Assembly (NCBI GenBank): GCA_031411295.1
Contig: JANOAV010000086.1
Span: forward strand, 32,001-96,000
Length of the DNA stretch: 64,000 bases
From: Verrucomicrobiales bacterium
Lineage (GTDB): Bacteria; Verrucomicrobiota; Verrucomicrobiia; Verrucomicrobiales; V1-33
Reading direction: 5' to 3'
Within the stretch, counting starts at the first letter, position 1. Every line of letters starts with the position of its first letter. A program made the position numbers and the translations under genes. This document shows, one piece after another, positions 1-11,000 of the stretch. Below the pieces are notes generated by a model. The model was not told the origin of the DNA. It searched no databases and worked only from the letters and a program-made list of their open reading frames with translations.

Positions 1-2166
1 AGCGGCCTGACCTACGCCCGCACCTTCTGGGTGGGTCAATTCCCGGCCGTGGAGGAGAAAGAGCCGAACACTCTGCTGACACAAGCGCAGGAAGTAACTC
101 TGGGCACCACACTGCAAGGCGTGATCGAAAACGAGGACGTCGATTACTATAAATTTACCGCCAAAAAAGGCGAACGGCTCAGTTTGGAACTGGAAGGCAT
201 TCGACTGGGAACCATCAACATGGATCCTTACGTGGCTATTCTGGATGCGAAGAAATTCGAACTCGCCACCTGCGATGACTCCGCCCTGCTGATGCAGGAC
301 TGCTATGTTAGCGTCATCGCTCCAGAGGACGGAATTTACTATGCGGAGATCCGGGATTCATCCTACATCGGCAACGGCAACTATCGTTACCGGGCTCATC
401 TTGGTTCCTTTCCACGCCCGAGCGCCGTCTATCCGTTGGGCGGCAAGGCTGGGGCCAAGGTGGAGGTCACCTATCTGGGAGATGCTTCCGGCCCCCTCAA
501 GGAAACCGTGACAGTGCCCAACACGCCAGGTGAGAAAATGCCGCTCTCAGCCAAACTCAACGCTCTGAGCGCGCCCTCCCCCAATTGGTTCCGCGTCACC
601 AGCATGGACCACACACTCGAAGTAGAACCCAACAACAACCTGGAGGAGGCCGCCAAACAGGCCACCGCCCCCGCCCTGCCTCAAGCTTTCAATGGCATTA
701 TCGAAAAGGCGAGCGATGACGATTGGTTCAAATTTTCCGCCAAGAAGGATCAGAAATTCGATTTCGTCGTCCATGCCCGCTCGCTCCGCAGTCCGTTGGA
801 CGCCATGATCAAAATCTACAACAAGGATCGCGCGGAACTCGGAGCTAACGACGACAATGGTGCCAATCCCGATAGCAAACTCCCTAACTGGACGTGTCCC
901 GCCGATGGCGAATACTACTTGCGCGTGCGCGATCATTTGCTGCGCGGCGGTCCAGACTACGTTTACTTGGTGGAGGCCAATGTGGCCCAACCGGAAATCA
1001 ACGCCTATGTCACCCGGCAGGATCGGAATGACACTCAACTGCGCACCGCCATGCTGGTGGCTCGTGGCAACACCATTGCCGCCCCAGTTACCGTGGATCG
1101 TGCGAACATCGGCGGAGAAGTCCTGATGGACATTCCTGATCTGCCAGCGGGCGTGAAGTTGGAGCAAATGCCCCTGCCGGGAAATTTGAACCAATACCTC
1201 CTCTCGTTCACTGCCGCCGCAGACGCCCCTCTCGGCCTGGCCCTGTCTCACCCTTCCCCCAAGACGACCGATCCCAAACAACCCTTCTCCGGCAAGTGGG
1301 CTCAGAACATTGAATGGGTCCAGGGCGAGCCTAACAACACCGTTTATTACGCCACCATGCAGCGCACTATCCCGGTCTGCGTCGTGGACGAACTGCCCTA
1401 CACCCTGGAAATCGTAAAGCCGACCGTGCCCGCAGTCCAGAGTGGCAACATTAGCCTGAAAGTGGTGGCGAAGCGCAAGGAAGGCTTCACCAAACCCATC
1501 ACCGTCCGCATGCTATGGAACCCGCCTGGCATCAGTAGCCCCGGCAGTGTGCCCATCCCCGAGAATGCCACTGAGTGCATTTACACCATGAACGTCAACG
1601 GCGGGGCCGAAATCAAGACTTGGAAAATTGCCGTCACAGGTGATTCCGATGCCGGGGCTGGACCCATCGCTGTGTCCAGTCCGCTGTGTGATCTAACGGT
1701 GGCCCCACCCTATCTCACCATGAAGATCGAAATGGGTGCCTGCGAACAAGGCAAACAAACCGAACTCCTCTGCAAGCTGGAGCAGACCAAACCCTTCGAA
1801 GGCAAGGCCAAGGTAACGCTCTACGGCCTTCCTGCCAAAGCGACTGCGCCCGAACTGGAGATCGATTCTAAAACGACCGAACTCCGCATCCCCATCACCA
1901 CCGCACCCGATACCCCGGCTGGCAAACACGTGAACCTCTTCTGCAACATCAACGTCATCGAAGCCGGAGTCGCCATTCCCCATATCGTGGCTCAAGGTGG
2001 CACGCTGCGAGTGGACCCACCGCCTCCAGCCCCACCACCAGTAGCCGCTGCTCCCGCCGCCCCCGCACCCACCCCCGTGGCCGCAGCTCCCGCCGCCCCA
2101 GCCGCTCCCAAGCCGCTCAGCCGTTTGGAACAACTCCGCCAGCAGGCCGCTGGTGGGGCCAAGTAA
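1..2166 (+). CDS. PPC (pre-peptidase C-terminal) domain-containing protein, PVC-type; 5' end lies outside the window
   Basis: Frame is open from base 1. Repeated PPC-like motifs (E-KEPN...DVDYYKF; EVEPNN...DDDWFKF; NDDNG...DGEYYLRVRD). Pro/Ala-rich tail ending SRLEQLR. Confidence 0.8.
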   Translation, partial: SGLTYARTFWVGQFPAVEEKEPNTLLTQAQEVTLGTTLQGVIENEDVDYYKFTAKKGERLSLELEGIRLGTINMDPYVAILDAKKFELATCDDSALLMQDCYVSVIAPEDGIYYAEIRDSSYIGNGNYRYRAHLGSFPRPSAVYPLGGKAGAKVEVTYLGDASGPLKETVTVPNTPGEKMPLSAKLNALSAPSPNWFRVTSMDHTLEVEPNNNLEEAAKQATAPALPQAFNGIIEKASDDDWFKFSAKKDQKFDFVVHARSLRSPLDAMIKIYNKDRAELGANDDNGANPDSKLPNWTCPADGEYYLRVRDHLLRGGPDYVYLVEANVAQPEINAYVTRQDRNDTQLRTAMLVARGNTIAAPVTVDRANIGGEVLMDIPDLPAGVKLEQMPLPGNLNQYLLSFTAAADAPLGLALSHPSPKTTDPKQPFSGKWAQNIEWVQGEPNNTVYYATMQRTIPVCVVDELPYTLEIVKPTVPAVQSGNISLKVVAKRKEGFTKPITVRMLWNPPGISSPGSVPIPENATECIYTMNVNGGAEIKTWKIAVTGDSDAGAGPIAVSSPLCDLTVAPPYLTMKIEMGACEQGKQTELLCKLEQTKPFEGKAKVTLYGLPAKATAPELEIDSKTTELRIPITTAPDTPAGKHVNLFCNINVIEAGVAIPHIVAQGGTLRVDPPPPAPPPVAAAPAAPAPTPVAAAPAAPAAPKPLSRLEQLRQQAAGGAK

Positions 2167-2222
2167 AGCTGATTTACCGGCCTCCGAAATCGGCCGCAAC
2201 GACGCATGATCGCGAATCCACC

Positions 2223-2882
2223 TCAGCGCTTATGCCCGGGTGAAAGTAATATCAGCACCAGAAAAATCGCGAAGACCACTACGATCACGATCCACTCCCA
2301 AAGCTCCGTATTCCGCTCCTTGGAACTCAATCGCAGGTTACTGCGCAGTAAGGCTATTTTTTCACGCAACGGTGCCCTTGCCTTACTTTGGGTCACACTG
2401 ATCACGGGGGGCTTGCGGATGGGCGCGTCCTCGGAGATATCGATGCGATTCGGTTGCACAATCCGATGGGGTTGATGGTCCTGGCTTTCCATCCACAATC
2501 GTTGGCACCTACTGCAAATGTCCAACTCGACTTCCCGCCCCTGAAACGGAATCAACACCGCCGTCATGTTGCGATGACATTCCGGGCAACAGGCCTTGCG
2601 GTTTGGGCGCACGGGTTGTTCCAACGTTGTCATCCAAATTTCATCTGCATGAAATTCAGGGACCAACTTACGAAACTGACTGAAATTCAAAGACGATCCC
2701 GCACACTGCGGACAGCGCCATGCCAATCCAGTCTCATGATCCGTGGGCGTCAAGTTCACCTCGCAACGCGGACAGGATGGCACCCGTCCCAGCAGTTGTG
2801 CAGCCTCCTGGGCCGCATGCGGTCGCAAGCTCAGTTCTGAACTGCGTGCAGGCGGGGGATCATTCGCATCAAATCGTGACAT
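2223..2882 (-). CDS. double zf-TFIIB-like zinc-ribbon protein with C-terminal TM helix
   Basis: CPRC..CPQC and CPEC..ELDICSRC..W motifs; hydrophobic C-terminus (WIVIVVVFAIFLVLILL). Confidence 0.7.
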   Translation of the reverse strand: MSRFDANDPPPARSSELSLRPHAAQEAAQLLGRVPSCPRCEVNLTPTDHETGLAWRCPQCAGSSLNFSQFRKLVPEFHADEIWMTTLEQPVRPNRKACCPECHRNMTAVLIPFQGREVELDICSRCQRLWMESQDHQPHRIVQPNRIDISEDAPIRKPPVISVTQSKARAPLREKIALLRSNLRLSSKERNTELWEWIVIVVVFAIFLVLILLSPGHKR

Positions 2883-2926
2883 GGTTAGTTTATCCTCACG
2901 CTAAATGCCTGCTTCGCAAGTTCAAC

Positions 2927-4435
2927 TCAGTCTTCTTTCGCCCCGCCCAGGGTCACCGTGATCTTGTATTTATCCTGCAGATGCGCATGCGCTTGGCTGG
3001 CTTGGGATGAGGTGGGATAGGCTTTGCAGGTCTGCTGGAACGCCTTGATGGCGGGTTCCGTTTTGCCGGCTTCTTCGTAAGTGTAGCCAATCTGGATAGC
3101 AGCATCGGGAGCGCTGCCGTTGTCTGCTTTGGCTTGGCCGTAGAGGGTGATTGCCTCGCTGTATTGCTTGAGTTTGCGATGGCAACGAGCCATCGCGAAA
3201 TGAGTGGAGGGAAAGCGATCCACCTGCCGATAAGTTTGAATCGCCAGCGCGAAGCGTTCGGTTTGCTCGTAGCAATCAGCGATGCTGGCGAGATAGTCAC
3301 TCGCCTTGGCGGCATCCTTCACCATCAGCTCCCGATAAATTTCGATGGCCTTATCGTGCTGACCATCCTCGCGCCACATCTTGGCAATTTCCAATTGCCC
3401 TGCTATTTGATTCTCCAACTTGGCATAAATCGCCCGCGCCTTATCGCGCTGTTTTTGCCCTTTGTAGAACTCCGCCATCTTACCTAGAATCTCATCGTCG
3501 GAGCCGAAGAGTTTACTCATGGTTTCGTAGGTCTTGATGATCTCCTGAGTCCGTCCGGAATGATGATAGGCCCCCGCCATGCGGTAGTAGAGATCGCGCG
3601 CCAAGGCTCGTGCTTTGTCTTCCTTGAGATCCTCCGGCACCGACTTCATCAGCATCGCAATCACCGTATCCGCCAGCGCCAAGCCTTTTGCTTTGGTCTT
3701 CTCATCACCCATCCAATGTCCGATGATCCCGGCGGAAAGCTCGTAAACTTGCCGACTTAACTCTGCACCCTCACACATCGTGGACAACGTCGTCAGCGCT
3801 TCATCCATCTTGCCATTGCCAATTTGGATCTGCGCCAGTTCTCGTTTTGCATTGGCCACGTGACCTTTGTTCCCCTCCGAGGCAGGGGAGGAAAAAGCAA
3901 TCAACTGCAAGAGCTTCATCCGCTTCTCCTCGGACTTGGCCTTCTTGGCCATTTCCAGCAATTCCACCCGCGCCAGCGTGATCATCGGATCCTTCTCATG
4001 CAGCGCGATAAATTTTTCGTAAGCCACTTCCGCCTTCTGCACTTCCCCAATGTCCCGATAACTCCGTGCCATTAGAAACGAAGCCAACAAAGCTTCGCGC
4101 GAGTCCGGCCAGTATTCGATCACCGACTGGAATCCTTCCCGCAGGGCCGTATTCACATTGCGTAATTTCACCTGACAGTGACTCCACATCAGTTGCGCGT
4201 AAGCCGCCCCCCGGCTCTTCTCGTAGAGGGTGAGGAATTTCTCGTATTCATCACGCGCCGTGGCGTATTCCTCCGCCAAATAATGTTTCTCTGCGATCTT
4301 CAATTGATACCGCTCCACCTCCCGCAGTTCAGCGAAGGTATTGACTTCCATTTGTTCCAACCCCGTCAACGCAGCCCCCAGGGCGGCGGCAGCGGGGAGG
4401 AACATCATTGCGAGGAGGATTGCGAGACGAGCCAT
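2927..4435 (-). CDS. secreted tetratricopeptide-repeat protein
   Basis: Signal peptide MARLAILLAMMFLPAAAALGA; many TPR-like helices (AIKAFQQTCKAYPTS). Overlaps the upstream DUF4159 gene. Confidence 0.8.
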   Translation of the reverse strand: MARLAILLAMMFLPAAAALGAALTGLEQMEVNTFAELREVERYQLKIAEKHYLAEEYATARDEYEKFLTLYEKSRGAAYAQLMWSHCQVKLRNVNTALREGFQSVIEYWPDSREALLASFLMARSYRDIGEVQKAEVAYEKFIALHEKDPMITLARVELLEMAKKAKSEEKRMKLLQLIAFSSPASEGNKGHVANAKRELAQIQIGNGKMDEALTTLSTMCEGAELSRQVYELSAGIIGHWMGDEKTKAKGLALADTVIAMLMKSVPEDLKEDKARALARDLYYRMAGAYHHSGRTQEIIKTYETMSKLFGSDDEILGKMAEFYKGQKQRDKARAIYAKLENQIAGQLEIAKMWREDGQHDKAIEIYRELMVKDAAKASDYLASIADCYEQTERFALAIQTYRQVDRFPSTHFAMARCHRKLKQYSEAITLYGQAKADNGSAPDAAIQIGYTYEEAGKTEPAIKAFQQTCKAYPTSSQASQAHAHLQDKYKITVTLGGAKED

Positions 4436-5865
4436 TTGTTGTATTCGTTATGGGAGTAGGAAATGATATTGACGCCCAGTTGATAGCAGTATTCCCAGAT
4501 TTCGCGTTTCACGCCAGCGTGACCGTCGGCCCAGGCATCGCCAATATCACCCGGATGATAGTAGCAGACCAACCGGCCCTCAAACACCCAACCCCACGCA
4601 TCTTTGCCACCGTGCGGAGCCACGTAGGGGAGGAATGGAATCTCATACGGGACGCGATGCACGGGATGGTCGAGTGGAACTCGGATCGGCGTGAGCGTCG
4701 GCAGGACCCGCTGCATCAGCCCAAAGAACTGGGTATGCCAGCCACTGCTGCCACCATTGTCGGCAAATAACATGCCGTGTTTCTCCAGTAAATATTGCCG
4801 CAGCGTCTGCACGTCATCATCACTGACATCAATGCCCCGTTGACCGGTGATGTAGAGAAACGGTGGCGATTGTCTTGGCGGAAATTTCTTCAGCTGTGCA
4901 ATCGGCCGAGACTCCGTGGCATCGGCCACAGGCTGCCCGGTGCGGATGCCGTATTCCAGCAGCAAATTCAAATCCGATCCCACACCCATATCCTGATCCC
5001 AGTCGCCTCCGGCATATTCCAAGCGAATCAGCCGCACCTTCCCCCGGCTCGTTCCCGCCGCATAACCAGGCGTGTCTTCAATGCCGGCACCGATCTGATA
5101 CCGATGCTGCGTCACGTCCTGCAACCGTAGTTTCACATCGTCCAACGGTGGTGGATTGAAGATCACGGAGCTGTAGGGATTGATGACATACTTTCGTTTC
5201 ACCACCTTCTGGACTTGCACCACCTGACGCAGTTTCTTCGTCTCCCCGCCGCCCGCCGGCATTTCATAAATTTCCCGACACCCGGGAATATTGCTCAGGA
5301 TCAACGCCAACATCATAAAGGCGAAGGAATACGCGGCAAACGTGCCCAGCGATTGATGCAGCTTCTGCCGATTCTTCCCATAATACCAAGCCGCCAACTG
5401 ATACGGATTCCAGATGCGACGTCGCGCGGGAAACCTGAATACAGGCTGCAAGGCCGTCTGCCGATCCACATACCAAATGGTCCAAGCCAGTCCCAGCAGA
5501 AACGTCGCGATGCCACCCAGCAATCGAACTGTGTCCGCCAGTTCCCGCCAACGCAGTTCCCACAAACTCAGCGCCACGGCCTGCCAGCAAGCCACAAACA
5601 TCACGCTCGCGATGGCGCGACGAATCAGCAATGACCGATCCTTTGTTTTCCTCCACCGATAAATCCCCAGCCCCGTCAGCACTAGCAACACCGCCAAACT
5701 TACTTTTGAGGACAGCAAATGCCATGCCGTCACATCCACCCACGCCAGCATCCAGCCAGCCACCCCGGCGGCACCGAACAACTGCGCCCGACCAGTCGGA
5801 TCCCGCCACCGTCGGAGGAAATCCTGTTTGATGGCCAACGCCATGTGTTGGAGCCGGGCCCGCAT
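4405..5865 (-). CDS. membrane protein with C-terminal DUF4159 domain
   Basis: Several N-terminal TM helices; C-terminal RLEYAGGDW..., PFLYITG, LRQYL..GMLFADNG, DHPVH, GDIGDAW, YQLGVNI motifs typical of DUF4159. Confidence 0.75.
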   Translation of the reverse strand: MRARLQHMALAIKQDFLRRWRDPTGRAQLFGAAGVAGWMLAWVDVTAWHLLSSKVSLAVLLVLTGLGIYRWRKTKDRSLLIRRAIASVMFVACWQAVALSLWELRWRELADTVRLLGGIATFLLGLAWTIWYVDRQTALQPVFRFPARRRIWNPYQLAAWYYGKNRQKLHQSLGTFAAYSFAFMMLALILSNIPGCREIYEMPAGGGETKKLRQVVQVQKVVKRKYVINPYSSVIFNPPPLDDVKLRLQDVTQHRYQIGAGIEDTPGYAAGTSRGKVRLIRLEYAGGDWDQDMGVGSDLNLLLEYGIRTGQPVADATESRPIAQLKKFPPRQSPPFLYITGQRGIDVSDDDVQTLRQYLLEKHGMLFADNGGSSGWHTQFFGLMQRVLPTLTPIRVPLDHPVHRVPYEIPFLPYVAPHGGKDAWGWVFEGRLVCYYHPGDIGDAWADGHAGVKREIWEYCYQLGVNIISYSHNEYNKWLVSQSSSQ

Positions 5866-5868
5866 GTG

Positions 5869-6324
5869 TTAGTTTTTCAAGTCTTTCAGCAAATCATCCG
5901 TTGCCTTCTCCAGCGGATTCTGGCTCGGCGGAGCTTCCTTTGTTTCGCCAATGCCCAACTTCTCCGCCGCCTTTACAGACGGGCCAGGTTCCGCCGGTTT
6001 CGGCTCTACCGGGGCCGTCGGCACCACGGCGGCCGCTGCGGGTGGCGTCTGGGGAACTTTCGCAGCCACCGGATTCACCAGGCTCCACAACCAAGGTCCC
6101 AGCGTGAACACAGCGATCAGAATCAACCAGCCGATCCCTGCCTGCAGGGTGCATTTCACGAGGCTGCTCGACGCCAGCATCCCCAACATTTCCTGCGGAC
6201 TCTTGCCTCGCATCTGCGCCAGGAACTCTCGAATCTCCTGGCTGGAGGCTGCGGTGTTGCGACGGATTTTCTTTAAATCGGCCGCGATGGAAACCGTCGG
6301 ATTAGGATTGGATTCAGATTTCAT
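5869..6324 (-). CDS. hypothetical single-TM protein with Pro-rich periplasmic tail
   Basis: Abuts both neighbours in the operon; one TM segment; Pro/Ala-rich stretch. Confidence 0.7.
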   Translation of the reverse strand: MKSESNPNPTVSIAADLKKIRRNTAASSQEIREFLAQMRGKSPQEMLGMLASSSLVKCTLQAGIGWLILIAVFTLGPWLWSLVNPVAAKVPQTPPAAAAVVPTAPVEPKPAEPGPSVKAAEKLGIGETKEAPPSQNPLEKATDDLLKDLKN

Positions 6325-6731
6325 GGAGCAGTTTTTTCTTCTTCTAAAATATGGACGAGTTCGCCACCAGCCGAACTGATGGCTTCGATGGCAGGTTCAA
6401 AATATTGCGCTGGCGTGCGCAGGTCCACCTTGAGATGCACCGCGCGTTGTCCCGCGGGCCGATCCCCCAGAATGCGCGTCAACTCCGTGCCCAGGCTGGC
6501 CACACCAATGTTGCGGCCATTGAGAAACAGTTTGCGATCCGCATCAATCGCCACCTCCGCGACCGCCACGCTGGCGCTCTTCACGGTGGGAGCCGTGGCG
6601 GGTTTCCATCGAATGTGGCTCGTGTCATTGGTGCGGGCGAGGATGAATAGAAAGATCAGCAACAGAAACGCGATGTCCCCCATGGCCACGGCGGGCACGG
6701 AAGCTTCGAGTTTCAAACGCGGGATCTTCAT
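6321..6731 (-). CDS. exbD: ExbD/TolR family protein
   Basis: AMGDIAFLLLIFLFI TM with the conserved Asp; periplasmic VHLKVD motif. Confidence 0.85.
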   Translation of the reverse strand: MKIPRLKLEASVPAVAMGDIAFLLLIFLFILARTNDTSHIRWKPATAPTVKSASVAVAEVAIDADRKLFLNGRNIGVASLGTELTRILGDRPAGQRAVHLKVDLRTPAQYFEPAIEAISSAGGELVHILEEEKTAP

Positions 6732-6734
6732 GGG

Positions 6735-7160
6735 TCAGTTTACCGTGGTGGATTTGGTTTCTTCGAGCCGCAGCGTGATCGTGCCCCCGGCACTTTCCAC
6801 CAGCCCCGTGACTTGAATCCAACGTTGATAAGGTGTCGCCTGATCACTCTTCACCAGCACCACTTTGTCTTCCGGTTTGTTCTTGCCAGCCAGCAACGAA
6901 GCCAGGCGTGACGAGAGTTTCTCCAGCGGAACCGGCTCGCCATTCACAATGATAATTTTCGGCGTTAGGGACACTTCGATGTTCTGACTCTGACGACTCT
7001 TCTCCTTCTGTTCATCCACCTTCGGAATCAATTGCTCCCGGCCGGTATCCGGCTGCACGGAGGCGCAGACGAGAAAGAATACAATGAGGTTGAACGCGAT
7101 GTCTGAAGTCGCGGAGGCGGGTGGTTCCAGCAAAAGGGCTCGACGTTTCAGCCGCATCAT
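6735..7160 (-). CDS. exbD: ExbD/TolR family protein
   Basis: ATSDIAFNLIVFFLV TM; VLVKSDQATPY motif. Confidence 0.85.
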   Translation of the reverse strand: MMRLKRRALLLEPPASATSDIAFNLIVFFLVCASVQPDTGREQLIPKVDEQKEKSRQSQNIEVSLTPKIIIVNGEPVPLEKLSSRLASLLAGKNKPEDKVVLVKSDQATPYQRWIQVTGLVESAGGTITLRLEETKSTTVN

Positions 7161-7861
7161 GGCCGTGGTGAAGAGGAGTCGGGACCCAGCGTCATTTGCA
7201 GGGTGATCGTTTCAATCAACTCCGCCGCGGAGCTTTCTACTTGGAGGATGAAACCATTGATGACGCTGGTGAAATAGTTGAACCCCATGAAAGCCGGTAT
7301 CCCCACAATGAGCCCGAACGCCGTCGTGATCAGCGCCACCTCAATCCCGCCCGCCGCCGCTTCCACAATGTTCTTCTCCCCCATCGTTTCCACAATGTGG
7401 CCGAACGAAACTATCATCCCCTGCACGGTGCCGAGAAATCCCAGCATCGGAGCCACACTGGAGACCGTCGCCAGAATCGGCAAATGCCGTTCCATGGCCG
7501 CCACGATGTGTGAGCTGTAACCTTCCATGCTCTTCAGCACCTGCTCCTCGATCCGGGCCGGATCATGCCCCAGTCGTCGCAGCACCAAATATTTCCTAAC
7601 GCCATTCGCCAGAATAGCCGCCACCGGTCCCTGCTTCTGATCACACAGCGCCACCGCCTCCTCCACCTTGTCCGCCGTGAGCAAATCACTCACCTCCCGA
7701 CGCAACGCATCATCCCCGCGCTCGAGCATTTTCAAACTCCGATACCGCTCAATCATGACCCCTGCTCCCAGCACCCCCAGGATCAAAATGGGCCACATAA
7801 ATATCCCGCCACGCAGCATATAGCCGATGGCTCCTGAATCAAATAAACTGGTAGCTAGCAT
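7157..7861 (-). CDS. exbB: MotA/TolQ/ExbB proton channel family protein
   Basis: GGIFMWPI, APMLGFLGTVQGMI and GIEVALITTAFGLIVGIP signatures. Start moved to ATG 7861. Confidence 0.9.
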   Translation of the reverse strand: MLATSLFDSGAIGYMLRGGIFMWPILILGVLGAGVMIERYRSLKMLERGDDALRREVSDLLTADKVEEAVALCDQKQGPVAAILANGVRKYLVLRRLGHDPARIEEQVLKSMEGYSSHIVAAMERHLPILATVSSVAPMLGFLGTVQGMIVSFGHIVETMGEKNIVEAAAGGIEVALITTAFGLIVGIPAFMGFNYFTSVINGFILQVESSAAELIETITLQMTLGPDSSSPRP

Positions 7862-8020
7862 GAAAGGTAACAGGTGACAGAGTGATTGAAAGAACGGCCC
7901 CCCGGAAGGTTTCCGGGCAGGAATCATCGAACGGCCATCCCCCTTCAGGGTCAACCCTCACCACCCTACGCCTTTAGGCAACGCGCAGCCCGTGGCGCAG
8001 CAACACCGGCAACTCCCGCG

Positions 8021-11000
8021 CTAATCTCCCGTAATCGTAACCCGGTAAAACGCCCGTGCCGTGGCGGCAGGACCGGTCACCGACACCGACCCGCCCGCTG
8101 CTGGGCTGCCGTTGTTGCGTGGAGCATTCCAGCGACTCCAGGCTTGTAAATTTGCGCTTTCCTCGACCATCCAAGTGTGGTTCTCCGGCACCGTGAAATT
8201 CAGCGTTACGCTGCCAGCCTGACTCTGTGCGGCCACGACCGGGAAACTTGATCCGCTCTTGGGATCGGTTCCAGAGGCGTATTCGGCAGCATTGCTTTGC
8301 CCGTCCGCATCCGCATCATTGGCTGGATCTCCCGCTGGGGAATTCGCGCTGGCAAATTGCGCCAGGCGCCACTGGGCATAAGTTTCCCGTTGCGGTAATT
8401 TGGTGCCAATCCACTCTGTCAGCAGGGCAATCCCACTGGGATCCGTCTCTGTGCTCGCAATCGGTGGCATGCGGGTAAAGCCATTTGTAGCCGCCACCCG
8501 ATTCAGCACAATTGAATGCAACAAATCTCCCGGAACGATCAATTTATTGGCCGGGTCCCCACCATTGTTGGTCGCAATGCCCATCAGCAGCCCGGTCTGA
8601 TCTAACGTCTGGAGGATGCGCCAGTCGGCTCCCGAGGAACCTTGCGGGCCGCCGGGACGGTGGCAGTAGGCGCAATTCACTTCCAAATAACTTCGCACCC
8701 GGGATTCCACCGAAGTGCTGGTATCGGCAGCGGCATGAACCTTGGGCAGCAGGTTGGTGCTCGGCAGGACGTTGGTGAAAAAGTCCCCACTCGCTAACAA
8801 CGCCAACTGATTGCCAGGACGTCCCACGATTTGGTCGGTGAAATTTAGCTGTCGGGTATTGAAGGACAACGCAAAACCCGCCGCCGCGTTATGACAACTG
8901 GCGCACTCGGCCCGACTTGGAAAGCGCCAGCGTTGATTGCGCGTGGTGCCATTTTCAGTGATGGCCAAGACGGCTTCCGCGCCTTCATCCGGCACCAGCG
9001 TGGCTTCGGTTTGTTGATCATTCCAGCGATACGTGACGCCATAGGCTCCCGTGCTGTTTTTCACTAGCAGCCGAGTTTCCAGACGTTTGGCGGTCGCTGA
9101 GTTGCCTCGCGTGGTTTCCAAATCAAAGTGCTTCACCCAAAGCATCCCCGTGGGCAATGTCCATCCGCCGTCCTGGCTCCAAGTTAGTTTACCGGTGCCA
9201 TTAGGAATGGCGAACCACCGCCGCTTCTTGGCGTAGTCACTCCAAAAGGGAACATTGACATTGTATTCCAACATCCCTGGCGTCGGGGTTAGATCACTGA
9301 GATCATTAAAAAGTCCCGTCGCACTCAGGGTTAGGGGGAAGCTCCCGGTGGGAGTTGATGTGACTAAGCGCAGGATCCGATTTCCATCAAGATCTGCCAC
9401 CAGCACGTCTTGATTTGAGGGATCGGAACCAAAAGCCGCAATCCCCACCTCTCCCGCAATCCGCGTCACCGTTGGTGCGGCGGCCCCATTCCGCTGCAGC
9501 GTCCACAGATTCCCCGAAGTATAATCCGCAAAGAGATACAGCCCCGTGAGCGCAGAAATTCGCGTCCCCCGATAAACCAATCCTCCCGTGATGGAGTTGC
9601 CCTGCGTGACTCCGGAACCATGGCCATACTCGAAGATGGGAGCGATGGACGTGAACCCCACCGGTGCCGTTTTCGGTCCAGCAATCGAACCCTCACGAAA
9701 GGCCCAACCATAGTTTCCTCCACGTGTGATCACATCCACTTCCTCCAGCGTGTTGGAACCCACATCGCCCACCCACAACTCGCCCGTGGCGGAATCAAAG
9801 CTCATGCGCCAGGGATTGCGCAGCCCCACCGCCCAAAATTCCGTGCGCACATTGGCCGCCACCACTGCGGTCCCATTAAAGGTCGTGACCCCCACAAACG
9901 GATTGTCTGGCGGCACGGCATACCGGGCCACTCCCGCATCGCGCAAGACCGACGCATGGAGGTTCGGATTCAGGCTGCCAGGCTTCTTATCCACATCAAT
10001 GCGGAGAATGCCGGAGAAGAAATCCTTCGCGATGTTTTGGCTATTGTTCAGCGAATCGTTTTGGTTTCCCTCGTCGCCCAGCGAAACATAAAGATACCCA
10101 TCCGGGCCGAAATGCAGGTCCCCGCCGTTGTGGTTTCCAGCATCATCCGCCTGTTCCAGCAAGACCAACTCGGAGGTGGTATCCGCTAAGTTAGGATTAC
10201 CCGCCTGGGCCGTGAAACGCGAAAGGCGCTCATAAGTAATTCCGCCCCGGGTCACGCTGTAAAAGACGTAGAGAAATCGATTCGAGGCGAAGTTTGGATG
10301 AAATGCCACCCCCAGCAATCCCTGCTCACTGTTGGTGCTCAGCGTTTCTGACCGCGTCGCCAGCAAGGTTGGCAAATCCAGAAAGGTCGAAGCTGTGGGC
10401 GTGACCGCCGTGACGTTAGGGATCACGCGCAGCAATCCTCCCTTCTCACAAACGAAGAGCCGCAAGGCATCCGCCGGAGGACTTTCCAGACAGGTCGGAC
10501 TGCTGAAACTCAGCGTGCCAAACGCCGGCGTCAGCGCATACGTCGTGGGCGGTGGACTAGCCGGCACATTAAGCCCAGTCACCGGGATTTTTAGCGCGGC
10601 CGGGATGGTGAGGTTCACCGCCACCGGACTCGCAGTGCCGCCCGATCCCGACACTTGATAGGAAAAGACATCGTTTCCCGTGGCCGACGCTTGGGCGACA
10701 TAGACCACCGTGCCGTCACTCTGCGGGACCGCCGAACCTTTGCTGGGAGCCTGCGTGATCACGACCGAGCCAACCGTGATCAGCCCGGTATCATTTTGCA
10801 GCACTGGGATGCGATTCTTCTGTCCCGCATGGACCACGGCGGCATCCGCTACCGCCACAGGTGGTCCCGGTGATCCGTTCGACCATTGTTCCAGCCGCAG
10901 CGCTTGGAAACCATAGCCATAAGGAGCCACCGTCGGCGTCTCCGTATTGCCGCCAGGATAGTTCCCGGAATAACGGGTCGTGATGATGCTGAACGCGCCA

